The position numbers and the translations under genes were made by a program. DNA of 64,000 bases from Nitrospinales bacterium (GTDB lineage: Bacteria; Nitrospinota; Nitrospinia; Nitrospinales; VA-1): contig CBDCWG010000012.1 of assembly GCA_965223345.1 (NCBI GenBank), positions 2,112,001-2,176,000 on the forward strand, written 5' to 3'. The notes below the pieces were generated by a model, which saw only the letters and a list, made by a program, of their open reading frames with translations, was not told the origin of the DNA and searched no databases. Positions 61,899 to 64,000 of this stretch are shown piece by piece. The first letter of the stretch is position 1. Each line of letters opens with the position of its first letter.

Positions 61899-62933
61899 AT
61901 GAATGGAAGCAAACGACAACAGCGTAACAACGGCCGCCCGGGACTGACAGCTTTACTGCTGGCGGTTCTCTGTTTGGGGCTGGCTTCATTAGCCAGTGCG
62001 GAAGACTCCTTTTACGAACCCCTTCCGGAAATGAAGCACCCGAAGGACAACCCGTGGTCCAAGGAAAAGGAGGAGTTGGGCAAGCTTTTGTACTTCGACC
62101 CGAGGCTTTCCGGAAGCAACTGGATCAGCTGCGCCACCTGCCACAATCCCGGGTTGGGCTGGGGCGACGGTCTGCCGCTTTCGATCGGGCACGGCCAGAA
62201 GGAGCTGGGCCGCCATTCGCCGACGATCATCAACAGCGGCTATTTTGAGCTGCAATTCTGGGACGGACGCGCCAAAAGCCTGGAAGAGCAGGCCAAAGGC
62301 CCCATCCAGGCGCCGGGTGAGATGAATCAGGATCACGACGGACTCGTCAAGAAGCTCAAGGCGAATCCGGGATATGTGAAACGTTTTGAAAAGGTATTCG
62401 GCAAGGATTCGGTCACCATCGACAACATCGCCAAAGCCATCGCGACGTTCGAGCGTTCGGTGGTGTCGAACAACGCTCCCTACGACAAATACTGGCGCGG
62501 CGACAAGAGCGCGATGTCCAAAAGCGCGGTCAACGGCATGAACCTTTTTTTCGGCAAGGCCAAATGCTCGATCTGCCACAACGGTCCGGCGTTCACCGAC
62601 AGTAAGTTCCACAACATCGGCGTCAAGCAGCACGGTTCGCTCAAGGACGATCCCGGCCGTTTTGCGGTGAGCAAGGACGATTTCGACAAGGGTGCGTTCA
62701 AGACGCCGGGGTTGCGGCATGTGACGCGCACCGCGCCGTACATGCACAACGGCAGCGAGAAAACGCTGGAAGACGTGATGGCGTTTTACAATCGCGGCGG
62801 CGATGTGGAAAAAAACCGCAGCCCGTTCATCACGCCTCTGGGACTCACCAAGCAGGAAGAAAAGGATCTGGTCGAGTTCATGAAAGCGCTGGAAGGAGAA
62901 CCGATCACGGTCACCCTGTCCGAATTGCCCTGA
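61899..62933 (+). CDS. Di-heme cytochrome c peroxidase (CcpA/MauG family)
   Basis: Signal peptide; LYFDPRLS, CATCH, QFWDGRA, CSICH, FKTPGLR, TAPYMHNG; GGAGG before ATG 61899. Confidence 0.93.
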   Translation: MNGSKRQQRNNGRPGLTALLLAVLCLGLASLASAEDSFYEPLPEMKHPKDNPWSKEKEELGKLLYFDPRLSGSNWISCATCHNPGLGWGDGLPLSIGHGQKELGRHSPTIINSGYFELQFWDGRAKSLEEQAKGPIQAPGEMNQDHDGLVKKLKANPGYVKRFEKVFGKDSVTIDNIAKAIATFERSVVSNNAPYDKYWRGDKSAMSKSAVNGMNLFFGKAKCSICHNGPAFTDSKFHNIGVKQHGSLKDDPGRFAVSKDDFDKGAFKTPGLRHVTRTAPYMHNGSEKTLEDVMAFYNRGGDVEKNRSPFITPLGLTKQEEKDLVEFMKALEGEPITVTLSELP

Positions 62934-62975
62934 CACGGTGGAATCGATCTTTCAGCCCCATCGATTCATTTCACT

Positions 62976-63016
62976 AAAAAAGCCCCTTCCTGAACTTCAG
63001 GGAGGGGCTTTTGTTT
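62976..63016. terminator. Bidirectional intrinsic terminator
   Basis: AAAAAAGCCCCTTCCTGAA-C-TTCAGGGAGGGGCTTTTGTTT between convergent genes. Confidence 0.88.
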
Positions 63017-63030
63017 GCGAAAGCCGCTTT

Positions 63031-64000
63031 TCAGCAGCGGTCGTAGTCGTCCTGGTAGCGGGTGATGTCGTCCTCGTCGATCTTGTCGCCGATCTGCACT
63101 TCGATCAGAACGAGCGGCGTGGATTCAAGGTTGCTCAGCCGGTGGCGCGTCCGCTTGGGGATGAAGACGGACTCGTTGGCTTTCAGCGCAAGGGTCTTGT
63201 CGTCCACCTGCACCTGCGCCACGCCCTGCACCACGGTCCAGTGTTCGCTGCGGTGGTTGTGGGATTGCAGGCTGAGCTGCTCGCTGGCGTATACATCCAG
63301 CCGCTTCACCAGGTAGTTGTCTCTTTTTTCCAGCACCGTGTAGGAGCCCCAGGGTTTCGGGACGGTGGCCGGCAGGTGTGCTTCGGCGCGCTTTTCTTTT
63401 TTCAGAGTTTCGACGATCTGCTTCACATCCTGAGCGCGGTCCTTGGAGCAGATGAGCAGCGCGTCGGGGGTGTCCACCACGATCTGATCTTTCAAACCCA
63501 ATGCCGCGATGAGCCGCTCCTCTCCCTGAACCAGGGTGCCGGAACAGTCTTTGAGGATGGCGTTGGGGGTCGCCACGTTGCCGTCCGCATCCTGAGGCAG
63601 CACGTCGTCGAGGGCGGTCCAGCAACCCACATCGCTCCACTGGATGTCCGCCGGAACCAGGACGACGCGGTCTGATTTTTCGAGGATGCCGTAGTCCACG
63701 GAAATGGAAGGCAGCGACTGATACAGTGCGGCGCCTTCGCCATCGAGGGCGCGGAAGGGATATTTTTTCTTGTTTTCGACCGTGTGCGCGACGATGTCGT
63801 CGAGCTTGCTGTGCAGGTCCGGCAGGTGCGTGCGGATCTCTTCCAGAATGCAGGACACCTTCCAGGCGAACACGCCGCAGTTCCAGAAATAGCCGCCCTG
63901 AGCCAGAAATTCGTTCGCTTTGGCGGCGTCGGGTTTTTCCACGAACCGCTGCACTTTAAAGGCGCCGGTTTGCGCATCCAATGTTTCGCCTTTCAGGATG
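63031..64000 (-). CDS. manC: Mannose-1-phosphate guanylyltransferase / mannose-6-phosphate isomerase (5' end outside the window)
   Basis: FVEKPD, YFWNCG, SVDYGILEK, WSDVG.W, PWGSY, LSLQSHNHRSEHWTVV, EVQ.G..EDDI.R. Confidence 0.95.
   Translation of the reverse strand, partial: ILKGETLDAQTGAFKVQRFVEKPDAAKANEFLAQGGYFWNCGVFAWKVSCILEEIRTHLPDLHSKLDDIVAHTVENKKKYPFRALDGEGAALYQSLPSISVDYGILEKSDRVVLVPADIQWSDVGCWTALDDVLPQDADGNVATPNAILKDCSGTLVQGEERLIAALGLKDQIVVDTPDALLICSKDRAQDVKQIVETLKKEKRAEAHLPATVPKPWGSYTVLEKRDNYLVKRLDVYASEQLSLQSHNHRSEHWTVVQGVAQVQVDDKTLALKANESVFIPKRTRHRLSNLESTPLVLIEVQIGDKIDEDDITRYQDDYDRC

Overview
Mostly GC-rich, densely coding bacterial chromosome. The aclBA ATP-citrate lyase (reverse TCA cycle), an EbdC/NxrC-like heme b subunit and the xerC-hslVU-argB order suggest a Nitrospina-like nitrite oxidiser; this is inference, not a database result. 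Housekeeping genes include ald, dnaE, ilvD, mutM, grpE, hrcA, argB, hslUV, xerC (frameshifted), aclBA, cbiZ, ispB, oxyR-dps-cytochrome c peroxidase and a partial manC. An accessory, signalling-rich stretch runs from about 30 to 51 kb. It holds an operon of two secreted proteins that look like catalytically dead enzymes (a TPR-trypsin and an L,D-transpeptidase-like protein) and a vWA + two-component module with a candidate OmpR-type box. It also holds an internally deleted comM, an AT-rich frameshifted HEPN-motif gene, a chemoreceptor joining a periplasmic sensor to an Aer2-type heme PAS, and a DUF4399-kinase-solute-binding-protein-kinase operon with no transporter. Finally, an ATP-grasp/alpha-hydroxy-acid dehydrogenase fusion plus an aldolase-family gene lie just upstream of aclBA. 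I saw no rRNA, tRNA, CRISPR array or transposase. All product calls come from motif recognition by eye.
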